DNA of 64,000 nucleotides, from the sequence record MT446392.1. One strand, written 5' to 3'. A model generated the notes under the pieces. That model was not told the DNA's origin. It saw only the letters and a list, made by a program, of their open reading frames with translations, and did no database searches. Numbering within the stretch: the stretch's first letter is position 1; each line of letters starts with the position of its first letter. The DNA comes from Escherichia virus TH15. A program made the position numbers and the translations under genes. Positions 11,097 through 18,456 of the stretch are shown here, piece by piece.

Positions 11097-11351
11097 ATGA
11101 AAACTTATCAAGAATTTATTAACGAAGCCGCAGATGCAAAAGTTGAGTTTGCTTACGTTGGTTCCCCGCGCGGCAGTTTTTCTAATGAAGAATTCCGTCG
11201 TTCACTGGACAATTTCATGCAGTTAAGTGCTGAAGTATCGCATGATGGCCGTTATGACATCGTTACTATTAGCGGTTCTGAAGACCTTATCAAAAAGTGG
11301 TACAAGCAGAAAGATGTTGAGATGCGTTACTATCGTATCCCTAAAAAATAA
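11097..11351 (+). CDS. internal-protein-like protein with capsid targeting sequence (MKTYQEFINE)
   Basis: 84 aa; CTS-type N-terminus. Confidence 0.65.
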   Translation: MKTYQEFINEAADAKVEFAYVGSPRGSFSNEEFRRSLDNFMQLSAEVSHDGRYDIVTISGSEDLIKKWYKQKDVEMRYYRIPKK

Positions 11352-11386
11352 GTGTACATTTGAATGGGATAGCGTATAATTATCCC
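11352..11386 (+). promoter_or_regulatory. early promoter cassette: -35 GTGTAC, -10 TATAAT inside palindrome GGGATA...TATCCC
   Basis: GTGTAC, 17-nt spacer, TATAAT; palindrome; leader ATCAACTACTGAGGAG. Confidence 0.6.
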
Positions 11387-11408
11387 ATCAACTACTGAGG
11401 AGAATAAA

Positions 11409-11594
11409 ATGAAACGTTGCGAATTAATTAGAAATGTTACTGCCATTGTTGCTGTTACCGCTTTTGGTTTTAGCATGTTTGCTGGCTTTATGTTGAATAT
11501 GCTTTCAACTTCTGAGAATATAATCTCTTTAGTAGTGGCATTCTTAATTGGTTCAATCTCTTTTGTTATGGATAAAATCTCTAAAGGTGAGTAA
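11409..11594 (+). CDS. small hydrophobic protein (two predicted TM segments)
   Basis: 61-aa ORF behind a promoter cassette with SD. Confidence 0.45.
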   Translation: MKRCELIRNVTAIVAVTAFGFSMFAGFMLNMLSTSENIISLVVAFLIGSISFVMDKISKGE

Positions 11595-11595
11595 A

Positions 11596-11976
11596 ATGTA
11601 TAAAGTGTACGCGGATTATCAGGCAAACCCATCTGACAAACCAGAATGTCAAATTGGGTGGGCGCATGACACCCTGCTTGAAGCGGTAGATAACGCCCAG
11701 AAATTAGGATATAGTTACGTAGATATTGTTCAACCATCTGGAACGGTTATTACTCTTGAAGAATTCAAGAATATCAAAACAAACTTTTTACTCTTTGCTG
11801 GCGATAGCTATTATCCCCGGGGCGGTTATGCAGACCTAATCGCAAAAGCCGCTACCGAAGATGAACTGCGTGATATCATTAAAGAAAACGAGAATAAGCC
11901 TCAATATGGTTCTAACCGTTTTGACTGGTGGCAGATTGTTAATGCCAATACTCATACTATTGTTGATGAAGGTTGA
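11596..11976 (+). CDS. hypothetical protein
   Basis: ORF 11548..11976; start placed at Met 17 (MYKVYADY...) directly after the stop of the upstream ORF. Confidence 0.45.
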   Translation: MYKVYADYQANPSDKPECQIGWAHDTLLEAVDNAQKLGYSYVDIVQPSGTVITLEEFKNIKTNFLLFAGDSYYPRGGYADLIAKAATEDELRDIIKENENKPQYGSNRFDWWQIVNANTHTIVDEG

Positions 11977-12455
11977 TTATGAATATTAAATTTGGTCAGA
12001 CCATCCCTAAAGGTTATGTGATTGAAATTGAAACCTGGGAAAATGATGGTGACAACTATAAAACCCAGACAATATTTGGTGTAGAAGAACAAGAAATCCA
12101 GCAGTACAAATATATCCTGGAACTTTTTCAAGGCTCTCATTGTAACTATCCAGATAAATGTGGTAATTCAGAATGGGACGTAGTTAAAGACTTTCTTATC
12201 GCACACATTGAATCTGGTGTAAAATCTGGTCAATTAACTCCTGAATTCATTAACAAAACACTTTGTATTGAAAATCTGGAAAACCTGGTTGAAGGTGACA
12301 ACGGCCAGGAATTTGAATTATTGTGTTCTCTCCAGGAATTGCTGGGCGAGCCGGTGGAATATGATAGCGTTTTGCGCGTAGTTTCGTGGGTAAAATTATA
12401 CATCATCGAAGAAGAAATCCAAATACCAAACGTTAAAGCACTTAATATGCTTTAA
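11973..12455 (+). CDS. hypothetical protein
   Basis: 160-aa ORF, start overlaps upstream stop (possible start at 11979). Confidence 0.45.
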   Translation: MIMNIKFGQTIPKGYVIEIETWENDGDNYKTQTIFGVEEQEIQQYKYILELFQGSHCNYPDKCGNSEWDVVKDFLIAHIESGVKSGQLTPEFINKTLCIENLENLVEGDNGQEFELLCSLQELLGEPVEYDSVLRVVSWVKLYIIEEEIQIPNVKALNML

Positions 12456-12533
12456 GAGTTATGTGTTATTATTAATAAGTACCCTCTATTACCAAAGGTT
12501 CTTCCCTCAAAGAACCTCTCATAATAGAATTAA

Positions 12534-12607
12534 GGCCCTGTAGCTGGACGGTCAAGCGAGCGACTCATAATCGCTGGATGGTGGTTCGATTCCACCCAGG
12601 GCCACCA
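12534..12607 (+). tRNA. tRNA with anticodon CAU (Met, or Ile if lysidine-modified)
   Basis: Hand-folded cloverleaf: acceptor GGCCCTG/CAGGGCC, anticodon stem AGCGA/TCGCT with loop CTCATAA, T-arm GGTGG-TTCGATT-CCACC, encoded CCA. Confidence 0.7.
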
Positions 12608-12741
12608 AACTTATTTTAAATTATCATGGCGATAGGTATTGTAGATGCGGTTCGATTCCGTCCGGGGTAAGTGCCCTAGCATGCTTGGAGCATGAGTGAC
12701 TTAATATTGGTGGTTCGAGTCCACCCCGCTATGAACAAACA
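12608..12741 (+). other. tRNA-like remnants or small structured RNA: two T-arm-like hairpins without a complete cloverleaf
   Basis: GCGG-TTCGATT-CCGT (about 12647-12661) and GGTGG-TTCGAGT-CCACC (about 12709-12725); no matching acceptor strands found by hand. Confidence 0.3.
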
Positions 12742-12817
12742 CGAGGCATAGCTCAGAAGGAAGAGCAAGGACCTTCTAAGTCCTAGGTCGTAGGTTCGAT
12801 TCCTACTGTCTCGACCA
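12742..12817 (+). tRNA. tRNA-Arg (anticodon UCU)
   Basis: Hand-folded cloverleaf: acceptor CGAGGCA/TGTCTCG (one G-U), D-arm GCTC/GAGC with GG loop, anticodon loop CTTCTAA, T-arm GTAGG-TTCGATT-CCTAC, encoded CCA. Confidence 0.75.
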
Positions 12818-13132
12818 AACAAGAAACCGGGTCGCTACCGGTAAGTCGTCGGACTGAAGTTCCCTGTTTAAGGACTGACATTAATAAATCTTTATGTTTT
12901 GTTAATGACCCCTTATCTCACAGCTGAAACGGCGCACCTAATTATCGATTCGAGGAAATATCTTTGCCGTAAGCCGAGTGGCGTTTTTGACGGAACGTTC
13001 GGATATGGTCGAGATATGGCCTTTTAAAAATATTGAGTAGCGTCAACTACTTGATAACCGGGTTCGAATCCCGGCGTATCGTACAAACACTTGCCTAGCA
13101 GGTGGAACCCCGACAAGGTTACCCTAGGTTAA

Positions 13133-13161
13133 AGCCCCTCCCGAAAGGTTGGGGCTTTTTT
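13133..13161 (+). terminator. rho-independent terminator after the tRNA/RNA cluster
   Basis: Hairpin AGCCCC-(12 nt loop)-GGGGCT followed by TTTTTT. Confidence 0.6.
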
Positions 13162-13168
13162 ATAAATA
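13161..13168 (+). promoter_or_regulatory. possible late promoter TATAAATA
   Basis: Exact TATAAATA about 27 nt upstream of the ATG at 13195. Confidence 0.3.
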
Positions 13169-13194
13169 TAACGTACCCATAACTAAGGAAATTT

Positions 13195-13749
13195 ATGAAA
13201 CTTTTAAAATATCTAAGCTGGATTCTGTTAGTGCCACTGGATTTCATTTCAATGATTCTGGCTGTTATCCTTGCACCATTTGTAGTGCCGTTCCATAACA
13301 AAAAGACTGGTAAGCTTCCGTTCGGATTTGACTGGATGATGACATACGATAATCCAATTGATGGTGACCGTGGTCATGTTAAACGTTGGGAAAAAATCAG
13401 AAAATGGCCGTTAGGTGTTTACTTCCAGCGAGTGGCCTGGCTCTGGCGAAATAAAGCCTACAATTTTGCTTATCATAAGCTGGGTCGCGATTGCGATTCT
13501 AAATTCCATTATAAAGGTAATCCTGATGTTGAATCGGGCTCCCCGGATAAAGCTCACCATGGCTGGCTCTGGATGTGGAATGATAATGCATGGGGCGTGT
13601 TCGCTTCCGTACCTTATCTTAAAGTTGGTGGAATCACCTTTTATCTGCGCGTGTATTGCGGTTGGAAGCTCAAAAGTCTTCTGTCCCGTCCTATCCCGAA
13701 AGCTATGTTAGCCTTTCATATCAATCCCTTCCGTTTTTATAAGAACTAA
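13195..13749 (+). CDS. hypothetical membrane-anchored protein
   Basis: 184 aa; N-terminal hydrophobic segment; SD ctaaggaaa upstream. Confidence 0.5.
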   Translation: MKLLKYLSWILLVPLDFISMILAVILAPFVVPFHNKKTGKLPFGFDWMMTYDNPIDGDRGHVKRWEKIRKWPLGVYFQRVAWLWRNKAYNFAYHKLGRDCDSKFHYKGNPDVESGSPDKAHHGWLWMWNDNAWGVFASVPYLKVGGITFYLRVYCGWKLKSLLSRPIPKAMLAFHINPFRFYKN

Positions 13750-13752
13750 TCG

Positions 13753-13777
13753 AACCCGCTCCGGCGGGTTTATTTTT
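13753..13777 (+). terminator. rho-independent terminator
   Basis: AACCCGC-TCCG-GCGGGTT followed by T-tract. Confidence 0.6.
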
Positions 13778-13796
13778 AATATTTCTTCAAAAAGTA

Positions 13797-13826
13797 GTGT
13801 ACATCCGGATTGACCGGGTGCATAAT
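13797..13826 (+). promoter_or_regulatory. early promoter cassette: -35 GTGTAC, -10 CATAAT, ACTGAGTTAC-type leader
   Basis: GTGTAC, 18-nt spacer, CATAAT; leader GATTCCATACTGAGTTAC shared with cassettes at 14864, 33166 and 33755. Confidence 0.5.
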
Positions 13827-13876
13827 GATTCCATACTGAGTTACACACTGAATCACAAAAACTTTGGAGAAATAAA

Positions 13877-14302
13877 ATGAACTTTCTGACCCTGACCTCT
13901 GCATTCTCTGTTACCCGCATCACTAACAAAATGGTTGCTGATGAAGTATGTGAAATCTGCATTCGTGAAGATGCACTTATCCATCTGACTTCAACCCAAA
14001 TTGTTGCCATCGCCAAGTCCCTTAATTCTGAACTGAAGGTAAACACCAAACAGTCAAAAGAATCCATCATTGAATTAATCCAAGCTGAAATGATTGAATT
14101 CCCAATTGAAGAAGTTAAAGAAGAAAAAATCCAGTCCAAATCTGGTAACGCCCGTGACATTTGCTTCCAGGCATTTGCAGAAATTGATATGAATGATAAT
14201 GCAGCTCGTCGCGCTCTGATTGATGACCTGGTTACTACCCATGATATCAAAAAGACTGTTGTTCAGTCTTATGCTTCCAACTTCCGCAAAGCTCAAAAAT
14301 AA
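13877..14302 (+). CDS. hypothetical protein; C-terminal domain shared with the next gene (...VVQSYASNFRKAQK)
   Basis: 141 aa; C-terminal 45 aa paralogous to the C-terminus of 14386..14829. Confidence 0.5.
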   Translation: MNFLTLTSAFSVTRITNKMVADEVCEICIREDALIHLTSTQIVAIAKSLNSELKVNTKQSKESIIELIQAEMIEFPIEEVKEEKIQSKSGNARDICFQAFAEIDMNDNAARRALIDDLVTTHDIKKTVVQSYASNFRKAQK

Positions 14303-14313
14303 TTGAGAAAAGT

Positions 14314-14349
14314 GTTTTACTTCCAAGTGGGATAGTGTATAATTATCCC
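14314..14349 (+). promoter_or_regulatory. early promoter cassette: -35 GTTTTAC, -10 TATAAT inside palindrome GGGATA...TATCCC
   Basis: 17-nt spacer; palindrome flanks the -10. Confidence 0.55.
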
Positions 14350-14385
14350 ATACTGAGTTACCAAATAAACAAACGGGATAATAAA

Positions 14386-14829
14386 ATGAAAACTTCAAAA
14401 CTGGTTAAGTACGTTAAACTGGCATTAAACAACTCTTCTGAAGCTGAAGCGCAATCCGCAGCGCGTATGTTCTTCAAACGTCTGACAGCTGAAGGTATTT
14501 CATTTAACCCGGCAGTATTTGGTATCACTCGTGGCGAAGCTGCTAAACTGGCAACTCTGGCAGGTAAAATTTTTAAAGGTCTGAATGATGGACAGGTTAA
14601 ACCAGAAGTTAAACCTACTCCTAAAGCTGAACCAAAAGCTGAGTGTAAGGCACCTAAACGCTCCGGTATGAGCAACAAAGATTTATGCTATGATATGTTC
14701 AAAACTGTTAATATGTCTAATGGTGCTGCTCGCAGAGCTGTTATTGATATGATTGTGCGTGAGTTTGGATTCAACAAAGCATCAGTTCAATCTTATGCTT
14801 CCAACTTCCGCAAAGAATTTGAAATTTAA
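14386..14829 (+). CDS. hypothetical protein; C-terminal domain shared with the previous gene (...SVQSYASNFRKEFEI)
   Basis: Start placed at Met 18 of ORF 14335..14829 (MKTSKL..., SD gggataa); earlier ATG lies inside the promoter. Confidence 0.5.
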   Translation: MKTSKLVKYVKLALNNSSEAEAQSAARMFFKRLTAEGISFNPAVFGITRGEAAKLATLAGKIFKGLNDGQVKPEVKPTPKAEPKAECKAPKRSGMSNKDLCYDMFKTVNMSNGAARRAVIDMIVREFGFNKASVQSYASNFRKEFEI

Positions 14830-14836
14830 TTCAAAA

Positions 14837-14861
14837 AGGGGGTATACAAGCCCCCTGCTTT
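14837..14861 (+). terminator. hairpin terminator whose loop carries the -35 of the next promoter
   Basis: AGGGGG-TATACAAG-CCCCCT then GCTTT; loop contains GTATAC positioned 18 nt upstream of CATAAT (14866-14871). Confidence 0.5.
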
Positions 14862-14910
14862 AAGGCATAATGATTCCATACTGAGTTACCAAATAAAACT
14901 GGAGAATAAA

Positions 14911-15216
14911 ATGAAATTCATCATCAACCTGGCGCTTGTTGACTTTGATAAAACTGGTAATTTCGCATCTGCTGAAAATATGATTCGCAACACTAAGTTC
15001 AAAGTGCAAGTCCAGCAGGCGGTAGCAAAAGAGTTCTTTACTGATAAATTAACCCACGTTGTCAATCACCTGAATGTGCAAGTTAAATTCACTCGTAAAG
15101 CAGAAACTACAGTTGAATTTGATTTTGAATGTCGTTACCATGATGAATATGTTCGCCGCATCCTTAATATTGTATCTGATGAACTTTACTATGGTGTGCA
15201 GGAAAACAAAATCTAA
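14911..15216 (+). CDS. hypothetical protein
   Basis: 101-aa ORF behind a promoter cassette; SD ctggagaa. Confidence 0.5.
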   Translation: MKFIINLALVDFDKTGNFASAENMIRNTKFKVQVQQAVAKEFFTDKLTHVVNHLNVQVKFTRKAETTVEFDFECRYHDEYVRRILNIVSDELYYGVQENKI

Positions 15217-15220
15217 ATCA

Positions 15221-15256
15221 GTGTACGCTTTAACGGGAACATGATAGTATGTTCCC
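15221..15256 (+). promoter_or_regulatory. early promoter cassette: -35 GTGTAC, -10 TAGTAT bracketed by inverted repeat GGGAACAT/ATGTTCCC
   Basis: 18-nt spacer; 8-bp perfect inverted repeat around the -10. Confidence 0.55.
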
Positions 15257-15292
15257 TGGATAATAAAACATTAACCAACTGAAGGAAATACC

Positions 15293-15886
15293 ATGAATAC
15301 TTTAAAGAAACTTGTTGAATTCATCCGCTCCAAACTGGGTACTGCAATGGCACAAAACCTGTCTATTGAAGACCAATATACTAAAGCGGCAACAACCCTG
15401 ATTGACAAGATTACTGAGCTCCAGACTGCCCACGTTAAGTCTGTTAATGAAGAAAAACGCATCCGCGAGTTAGCGAATGAAAAAGACCAGCTCGCTGCTT
15501 CAAAAGAGCGTGAAATCCGTAAACTGATTGCTGATGGTGCTGATGTTCAGGTCCATGCTAAACTAGGTCTCCTGTATCGCCACACGGCTAAACAACTTCG
15601 TAAGAAGGCAGATGATTATGTTGAAATGCGTAATGAAATTAAATTGAAAGTTAAAGAGCTGGATGATTCTCGTCAGGAACTAGCTGTTAAACTGGAATAC
15701 ATCCGCGAAACTCGTAAGGTATCTGCCCTGGGTATTGCGACTGCAGATGATGTTGTTGAAATCGCTGCATTGACTAAGATTGATATTGAAGACACTCTGA
15801 TGCGTGTTGAAACCTTCAAAGGCCCACAGGTTGGTGTGGATACCACATCCGCTGACATTGAAGAATACATCAATTCACTTAAGTAA
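15293..15886 (+). CDS. hypothetical coiled-coil protein
   Basis: 197 aa, charged and helical composition. Confidence 0.5.
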   Translation: MNTLKKLVEFIRSKLGTAMAQNLSIEDQYTKAATTLIDKITELQTAHVKSVNEEKRIRELANEKDQLAASKEREIRKLIADGADVQVHAKLGLLYRHTAKQLRKKADDYVEMRNEIKLKVKELDDSRQELAVKLEYIRETRKVSALGIATADDVVEIAALTKIDIEDTLMRVETFKGPQVGVDTTSADIEEYINSLK

Positions 15887-15893
15887 GATAAAA

Positions 15894-15908
15894 GGGGGCT
15901 TTGCCCCC
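15894..15908 (+). terminator. GC-rich hairpin (weak terminator)
   Basis: GGGGGC-TTT-GCCCCC, no clear T-tract. Confidence 0.3.
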
Positions 15909-15929
15909 TAATTGGGAGAGGAGAATATT

Positions 15930-16484
15930 ATGACTTCATACGATAATCTTATATCAAATGTAGAATGGTTTGGCGGCAGTGGTCTTGCCACTGAAACTAA
16001 TACAGTTCTTTATAGAATCCGTGGTGACCTAGGTTATTCCAATGATTTCTTAAGAAGAACAACTAGTCGGGGCGATACTACCAAATTACCTTTTATTTTT
16101 GCTTTGGCTGAAGACCTTTCTTTCGCAGATGCCTTGGAAATTATTGACGTGAATCTGGGCATTCAACGAGTGGAATTCGCTGGACTACGTTATTCAGTGT
16201 ATGCATTAAACGACCCTAGCGATTATAGACAACTTATTGATGCAGACGATGATTATCATTTAGTGTGTTATTTGATGTTAGAAAATGGTGACCACTTTGG
16301 AATGGTTGACCGCCGTCCAACTTACTCTGATATTAAAAATTATGATAAAGATGAGCTTACTATTTTGGCTGCTGAGTATACATCAGAGAGTCGTAAGCAA
16401 CAACGGAAGCTTAATCGTTTTATTACTGAATGTCGTGAATATGCTAAAGGGGTTCAAAATGCGAACGCTATATCTGCCAAGTAA
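15930..16484 (+). CDS. hypothetical protein, C-terminal FITECR motif
   Basis: Start at ATG 15930 (track ORF begins at TTG 15912); SD gagaggag; C-terminal ...NRFITECREYAKG. Confidence 0.5.
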   Translation: MTSYDNLISNVEWFGGSGLATETNTVLYRIRGDLGYSNDFLRRTTSRGDTTKLPFIFALAEDLSFADALEIIDVNLGIQRVEFAGLRYSVYALNDPSDYRQLIDADDDYHLVCYLMLENGDHFGMVDRRPTYSDIKNYDKDELTILAAEYTSESRKQQRKLNRFITECREYAKGVQNANAISAK

Positions 16485-16818
16485 ACCAGAAAAATTTGTA
16501 TACGCGGACAAGATTGATAAAGACCTTATGCCTCCATTTGGAGCTTTGTCCATGTGCATCGTTGGGGTTATAATGATGGTGCTTTGTGGGGATATGGATA
16601 TCATTAGTGTCGGAGTCGCCTGGACACTAATAATCGCAACTCCTTTTATTACAGTCCTGAGTATGATTTTGATAAATGTGTGGCATCAAAATCATATGAA
16701 TAAAGGATATCGTGGACGAGTTAAAGAGTGGGAACAAAAATGTGTTTCCCTACAAAAAGAGCACAAAATTAAATGTGCAGAAGAATTTATCAAGGAGGTT
16801 CGCAATGGAACGGCCTAG
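16459..16818 (+). CDS. small membrane protein, C-terminal FIKEV motif
   Basis: Start at Met 59 of ORF 16285..16818 (MRTLYLP...), overlapping upstream stop; two hydrophobic segments. Confidence 0.45.
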   Translation: MRTLYLPSKPEKFVYADKIDKDLMPPFGALSMCIVGVIMMVLCGDMDIISVGVAWTLIIATPFITVLSMILINVWHQNHMNKGYRGRVKEWEQKCVSLQKEHKIKCAEEFIKEVRNGTA

Positions 16819-17158
16819 TCTTGCACTACATGTTTATCAATTGGCTGAATATGATATTGGTGCCAATTTATTATTAGGGATTGTTACCGCTATGCTCGGG
16901 GGCTTGGTTGGCCTGGTAATGACCACAGTTATGGCTGCAATCGAGGGAGTCATGCCTATTGAGATGGGCTTCTTTATGATAATTGCTCCGGCTGTTGTAG
17001 CCTATTTTATCCCGGTTGTGTATGATATCTGTCACACAAACACCTTGAATGCTCCCATCCGTAAGAGATACGCTTTGGCAATGGCTGAGTATAATAAGTT
17101 CCTGGACAAAACAAAACGTAATGAACTTGAAACCTTTATTAAGGAATGTAAATCATGA
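16805..17158 (+). CDS. small membrane protein, C-terminal FIKECKS motif
   Basis: Start at Met 32 of ORF 16712..17158 (MERPSLALH...); two hydrophobic segments; stop overlaps next ATG (ATGA). Confidence 0.45.
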   Translation: MERPSLALHVYQLAEYDIGANLLLGIVTAMLGGLVGLVMTTVMAAIEGVMPIEMGFFMIIAPAVVAYFIPVVYDICHTNTLNAPIRKRYALAMAEYNKFLDKTKRNELETFIKECKS

Positions 17159-17445
17159 ATAAAATTGAAATCGCTATCCCTAAGTATTATGATGAGAAAT
17201 CTGCAGAAAAAGCTATCTATTCTCTTCTAAATAAGACTTCTGAAATTGAAACACATTGTGAAGAAATCGCTGATGAATATGGCATTGAATTCAGCACCGG
17301 CGATTACGGCACAGGTCGTACATACCACCCAGTCGGTTATGAATGCTCTGAATGGTTTACCCATCATATTGAAGCCAATGGCGGTCGGGTTGAAAATGGT
17401 GTTGTTACCGTTGGTGCTTGGGTCTCCTCTTCTGAGATGTGTTAA
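17155..17445 (+). CDS. W-SSS-x-C family small protein, member 1 (ends ...GAWVSSSEMC)
   Basis: 96 aa; shares the EEIADxY N-terminal helix and W-V-S-S-S-E-x-C C-terminus with the four downstream ORFs. Confidence 0.55.
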   Translation: MNKIEIAIPKYYDEKSAEKAIYSLLNKTSEIETHCEEIADEYGIEFSTGDYGTGRTYHPVGYECSEWFTHHIEANGGRVENGVVTVGAWVSSSEMC

Positions 17446-17454
17446 GGAAATGGT

Positions 17455-17736
17455 ATGATGAACGATTACAGTAAAAATAAAGAACTGGCCAACGCAGTAA
17501 ACGAAATCCATAAAGCTATTCGGCGCGCCGAGGAAATTGCAGACAAATATGAGACTCATTTTAATATATACCCTGCTCGCGGTATGGGCGGTGACTATTA
17601 TTCTCCTGGCGCCTTGAAAGCTGACCTTGCTCATTGGGAAAACTACGGTGAAGCCCAATACGCCATTGTTAACCAACATGACTACACAACGGACCTTGAA
17701 AAAGGTGGTTGGGTTTCCTCTTCTTCTGAATGTTAA
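17455..17736 (+). CDS. W-SSS-x-C family small protein, member 2 (ends ...GGWVSSSSEC)
   Basis: 93 aa; tandem paralogue; stop followed by TAAGGAA SD of the next gene. Confidence 0.55.
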   Translation: MMNDYSKNKELANAVNEIHKAIRRAEEIADKYETHFNIYPARGMGGDYYSPGALKADLAHWENYGEAQYAIVNQHDYTTDLEKGGWVSSSSEC

Positions 17737-17744
17737 GGAATTAT

Positions 17745-17942
17745 ATGTCCCGTGAATTAGATTGTGCAATCCGTACTGCTGCGGCAGCTATTGAAAACGT
17801 TATCCAGATTTGCAAAGAAGAACGCGAAGAAGCTGATATCTATATTGACGGTCAGCGTAATCTGGAACAACATATTACGCTTTATAATGGTTGTATTACT
17901 ATTAGTGGTACCTCTTGGGTGTCCTCCTCTTACGAATGCTAA
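17745..17942 (+). CDS. W-SSS-x-C family small protein, member 3 (ends ...TSWVSSSYEC)
   Basis: Start at Met 6 of ORF 17730..17942 (SD aaggaa); tandem paralogue. Confidence 0.5.
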   Translation: MSRELDCAIRTAAAAIENVIQICKEEREEADIYIDGQRNLEQHITLYNGCITISGTSWVSSSYEC

Positions 17943-17950
17943 GGAAATAA

Positions 17951-18178
17951 ATGACTACTAAAACTGTTAAAGAAATTGAAGACCAAATCCGTGCACTAAT
18001 CTGTGAAGGTGAACAGCTGGCCGATAAAACTGGTGAATACTTTCATGTATATGCTGACAGTCTTCAACGATATATTCCTGCGGGCTGTCCAGAATATGAA
18101 GAATATGACTGGATTCGCGGTGATTATGGTATCCCAGAAGGTAAAGGTTTCTGGTACACCTCCTCTATGTCTTGCTAA
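17951..18178 (+). CDS. W-SSS-x-C family small protein, member 4 (ends ...FWYTSSMSC)
   Basis: 75 aa; tandem paralogue. Confidence 0.5.
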   Translation: MTTKTVKEIEDQIRALICEGEQLADKTGEYFHVYADSLQRYIPAGCPEYEEYDWIRGDYGIPEGKGFWYTSSMSC

Positions 18179-18187
18179 GGAATAAAA

Positions 18188-18412
18188 ATGTCTGATATTA
18201 ATGAATTAGAAAAAGCAGCTCTTGAACTGGCTGCGCTGTATAAGAAAGTTAAAGATATGGCTTCTGCTCAAGATTTCGGTATTGAGCTCGATGATTATGA
18301 TGGCGAAGTTCGTCTTGAAGACTGGTTGAACAGCTCTTGTTATGGTGAAGAAGCTGGTCGAACCTTCGTTGCTCACCCGGATGGTAAAATCTGGTACCCG
18401 AGCAGCTGCTAA
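18188..18412 (+). CDS. W-SSS-x-C family small protein, member 5 (ends ...KIWYPSSC)
   Basis: 74 aa; tandem paralogue, most divergent. Confidence 0.5.
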   Translation: MSDINELEKAALELAALYKKVKDMASAQDFGIELDDYDGEVRLEDWLNSSCYGEEAGRTFVAHPDGKIWYPSSC

Positions 18413-18456
18413 AATTATCACAAGGATGTGATAGGAGGACTTATGCACAAGATTTA

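Noticed and set aside
12608-12741. Two additional tRNA genes suggested by TTCGATT/TTCGAGT T-loop motifs
   Set aside because: The motifs are only 63 nt apart and I could not pair 7-bp acceptor stems or 5-bp anticodon stems for either; kept only as tRNA-like remnants pending a covariance-model scan.
13058-13085. Possible tRNA ending at the CCGGG-TTCGAAT-CCCGG hairpin
   Set aside because: No complementary acceptor strand found 70-95 nt upstream in any register, including G-U pairs.
14855-14871. MotA-box-like TGCTTTA as a middle promoter
   Set aside because: It is only about 3 nt from the -10-like CATAAT, far from the roughly 12-nt spacing of MotA-dependent promoters; the region is better explained by the GTATAC -35 in the terminator loop.
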